64,000 nt of DNA, from the NCBI GenBank assembly GCA_009787775.1, contig WQSQ01000001.1, forward strand, positions 1,924-65,923, read 5' to 3'. This DNA comes from Treponema sp. Its GTDB lineage: Bacteria > Spirochaetota > Spirochaetia > Treponematales > Breznakiellaceae. A program made the position numbers and the translations under genes. The notes below the pieces were generated by a model, which saw nothing but the letters and a program-made list of their open reading frames with translations, ran no database searches and was not told where the DNA came from. Position 1 is the first letter of the stretch, and each line of letters starts with the position of its first letter. Below, in pieces: positions 60,854-64,000 of this stretch.

Positions 60854-63781
60854 GTGATGCATAAGTATATAAATTATACAGTGGTTATCTTAACAGCTCT
60901 TTTTATCATAATAATCTCGGGCTGTGATAAATCAAACGCAAATCAATCCGTATACGCACCGAGCTGGATTTCCCTGGAAGAAATACCTGGTGTAACTGCC
61001 GAAGAAATCAGCGCTATTGAAAACCTTAAGGAAAAATACCCTTATTTTAATTATTCAATGGTTCACTCAACGGAAGCATTTTTCGATATTGAAAAAAATG
61101 TAATAAACGGTTTTTCCGCTCTTTTTTGCGATTGGCTGACTGATTTAATCGGGATTCCTTTTAAACCGGCATTATATGACTGGAGTAAATTAATTACCGA
61201 TCTTGATAACGGCATTGTTGATTTTTCAGGCGATATTACACCGACTGCGGAACGCATTAAAAAATACTATATGACAGACTCAATTGCCCAGCGAACCTTA
61301 AAGTACATAATGCTTAAAAATAATGTTTCGTTATCGGAAATAGCCGAAGTGAGGACTTTGCGTTTTGCCATGTTAAACGGAGTTACTACATATAATTATG
61401 TCGTATCTTCGCAGGCTCATGAAAACTTTGAGGTTGTTTTTGTGAATAGCGCACAAGAGGCATACGCTTTGCTGAAAAGCGGAGAAGTAGACGCCTTTCT
61501 GGAAGAAGGTATACTGGAAGCCGCTTTTGATATTTACATAGACATTGAATCAATTGATTTTTATCCTGTAATTTATAATCCTGTTTCCATGACTGCATAC
61601 AGGGAAGAACTATCCCCTGTAATCTCTGTTGTGAAGAAGGCTATACGAAACGCGGGCACTTCTTTTCTCTCAGAAATGTACAAACAGGGAGAGATGGAAT
61701 ACCGCAGGCATAAAATGTACCTGCTTTTAAACGAAAAAGAACGCGATTTCCTGCATAACAACAAGGTAATTCCCTTCGTGGCTGAATATTATAATTATCC
61801 AATAAGTTTCTATAACAAATATGAAAAACAATGGCAGGGAATTTACTTTGATGTAATTAACGAAGTATCAAAGCTGACCGGATTATCATTCAGTATTGTC
61901 AATGATGAACACACCGAATGGCCTGCATTACTGAACCATTTGGAAACCGGGAACGCATTTATGATTTCCGAACTCATTCCTACGGATGAAAGAAGGGTGA
62001 AAGGTTTTTTATGGGCGACAATCCCGACATTGAATGACAGATACGCACTGCTATCAAAGACGGAAACACCGAATGTAACCATTAAAGAGGTTTTAAATGC
62101 AAGGGTTAGTATACCGCAGGATACAGCTTATTCAGAAGTTTTTAGCGCATGGTATCCGAATCACCCTAATATTTTTATATATGAAAGTTCCGATGATGCC
62201 TTTAAAGCCCTCGATCGCGGCCATGTAGATATGGTCATGTCAAGCCAAAGACGCCTTCTTGCGATAACTTATTACCATGAGTTTTCAGGTTATAAGGCAA
62301 ACCTTATATTTGACAGAACAGCGGAATCCTATTTCGGGTTCAACAGGGATTATGCAGATTTATGTTCAATTATCAGCAAGGCGCTCTCGCTTATTGATGT
62401 AAACGGTATCGCAGACCAATGGGTATTCAGAACATATGACTACAAGGGTAAACTCGCCCAGGCGCAGGTTCCGTGGCTTATCGGCGCGTCTGTTCTTCTT
62501 CTGTCTGTACTCACTCTTGTGTTTATTATTTTGATGATAAAACGCCAGGAAGGAAAAAACCTTGAAGACCTTGTTAACAAGCGCACAGCGGAAGCCCAAT
62601 CAGCAAACCGCGCTAAGAGCAATTTCCTTGCAAACATGAGCCATGAGATACGTACGCCGCTTAATGCTATCATCGGCATGACAGAAATCTGCAAACATAC
62701 AAGCAATATCGATAAAAAAGATTATGCGCTCGGTAAAATCGAGGACGCATCAACGCACCTGCTGGGCCTTGTAAACGATGTGCTTGACATGTCAAAAATA
62801 GAAGCCAATAAACTGGAACTGTCCCCTGTAAGATACAACTTCAGAAACATGCTGCAAAAGGTAATTAATGTTATTAACTTCCGCTTGGACGAGAAGAAAC
62901 AAAAATTACTCATTAATATAGACGATAAAATACCATTGCATTTTATCGGAGACGATCAGAGGCTTGCGCAGGTTATCACAAACCTTTTGTCAAATGCGGT
63001 AAAGTTCACTCCTAAAGAAGAAGGTATAATCCGTTTTAACGCTGTTTTAACAGGGAAAACCGAGACAGAATACGAATTAAAAATAGAAGTAGCTGACAAT
63101 GGCATCGGTATATCAGAAGAGCAAAAGAATAGACTGTTCAACGCATTCGGACAGGCGGATTCAGGGATTAGCCGTAAATTCGGAGGAACAGGACTTGGGC
63201 TTGTAATATCAAAGCGTATTGTCGAGCTGATGGGAGGAACAATCTGGATAGAATCCGAGCTTGGAAAAGGAGCGTGCTTTATCTTTACAGTAAAAGCGCA
63301 AAAATGCGATGACGAACAAACAGAACAGACAGAACCTGTTTATGAAATGTATCATAATGAATATGCTGGTAAATCATTACTATTGGTGGAAGATATAGAA
63401 ATAAACCGCGAAATAATAATTGCCCTTCTTGCAGACTCAGGACTTGCAATTGACTGCGCTGTAAACGGAAAAGACGCGCTTGACAGGATCGTGGCCGATT
63501 CCAATAAATACGATATTGTCTTTATGGATTTACAGATGCCTCTGATGGACGGATATGAAGCTGCCCGCCGAATTCGAGCAATGGAAGCGGAACTGGAAAA
63601 AGTAACTTCCGTATACAGACATATCCCGATAGTGGCAATGACTGCGAATGTTTTTAAAGACGATATAGAAGCCTGCCTTTATGCAGGCATGGACGACCAC
63701 CTTGGAAAACCGCTAAACATTAACGAAGTATTCGGAAAACTGAGGAAGTATTTATATTTGGATACTATGCCAAAAATTTAA
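60854..63781 (+). CDS. Hybrid sensor kinase: two periplasmic solute-binding domains, HisKA, HATPase, receiver
   Basis: N-terminal anchor, two SBP_bac_3-like repeats, TM, MSHEIRTPL, GGTGLGL, FMDLQMP. Confidence 0.93.
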   Translation: MMHKYINYTVVILTALFIIIISGCDKSNANQSVYAPSWISLEEIPGVTAEEISAIENLKEKYPYFNYSMVHSTEAFFDIEKNVINGFSALFCDWLTDLIGIPFKPALYDWSKLITDLDNGIVDFSGDITPTAERIKKYYMTDSIAQRTLKYIMLKNNVSLSEIAEVRTLRFAMLNGVTTYNYVVSSQAHENFEVVFVNSAQEAYALLKSGEVDAFLEEGILEAAFDIYIDIESIDFYPVIYNPVSMTAYREELSPVISVVKKAIRNAGTSFLSEMYKQGEMEYRRHKMYLLLNEKERDFLHNNKVIPFVAEYYNYPISFYNKYEKQWQGIYFDVINEVSKLTGLSFSIVNDEHTEWPALLNHLETGNAFMISELIPTDERRVKGFLWATIPTLNDRYALLSKTETPNVTIKEVLNARVSIPQDTAYSEVFSAWYPNHPNIFIYESSDDAFKALDRGHVDMVMSSQRRLLAITYYHEFSGYKANLIFDRTAESYFGFNRDYADLCSIISKALSLIDVNGIADQWVFRTYDYKGKLAQAQVPWLIGASVLLLSVLTLVFIILMIKRQEGKNLEDLVNKRTAEAQSANRAKSNFLANMSHEIRTPLNAIIGMTEICKHTSNIDKKDYALGKIEDASTHLLGLVNDVLDMSKIEANKLELSPVRYNFRNMLQKVINVINFRLDEKKQKLLINIDDKIPLHFIGDDQRLAQVITNLLSNAVKFTPKEEGIIRFNAVLTGKTETEYELKIEVADNGIGISEEQKNRLFNAFGQADSGISRKFGGTGLGLVISKRIVELMGGTIWIESELGKGACFIFTVKAQKCDDEQTEQTEPVYEMYHNEYAGKSLLLVEDIEINREIIIALLADSGLAIDCAVNGKDALDRIVADSNKYDIVFMDLQMPLMDGYEAARRIRAMEAELEKVTSVYRHIPIVAMTANVFKDDIEACLYAGMDDHLGKPLNINEVFGKLRKYLYLDTMPKI

Positions 63782-63867
63782 TATCCCTGACAACAGCATT
63801 GTAATAACATCAATAATCCAGCCGATTGAAAAAAGACCGCTTGAAGTATGAAAATTTTTGAAAAGCC

Positions 63868-64000
63868 TTAATTGGATTGGTTACCCTGCTTTTCCGAAAG
63901 GAATCTTTCTGCGCTTGCAAGTTTGACAGCGGCGCAGAAAATCTCCATAGCTTCCTTAAGTTCATCAAGCGGCGGGCAGGTGGGAGCAATGCGGATATTC
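63868..64000 (-). CDS. C-terminus of a class I/II PLP aminotransferase (partial)
   Basis: NIRIAPTCPPLDELKEAMEIFCAAVKLA...*; RIAP motif. Confidence 0.7.
   Translation of the reverse strand, partial: NIRIAPTCPPLDELKEAMEIFCAAVKLASAERFLSEKQGNQSN

Overview
Mostly core chromosome of a spirochete. Treponema-like gene order (tig-clpP-clpX-lon; murG-cvpA-holB-like-HK-sigma54 RR; gap-pgk-tpiA; rpmF-acpP-rnc) and a spirochetal lipoprotein signal support this; the assignment is inference. It holds about 45 CDSs, one tRNA-Phe(GAA) followed by a decayed tyrosine integrase, and a small AT-rich accessory patch (35.6-38.2 kb). The signals not explained by gene annotation are: (1) two fixed-period palindromic arrays sharing a CTWWAG core, 26 x 21 bp after lon and 7 x 23 bp downstream of parE, the latter with a near-consensus sigma70 promoter firing into it; (2) a recurring leaderless architecture, with a -10 box 6-7 nt before the start codon in about 10 genes; (3) an RNase III gene whose conserved first helix has no canonical start codon, with a candidate ACG start inside acpP; (4) dispersed palindromic/short tandem repeat families, some sitting in frame inside conserved proteins. 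No cas genes, reverse transcriptase or intact mobile element were seen.
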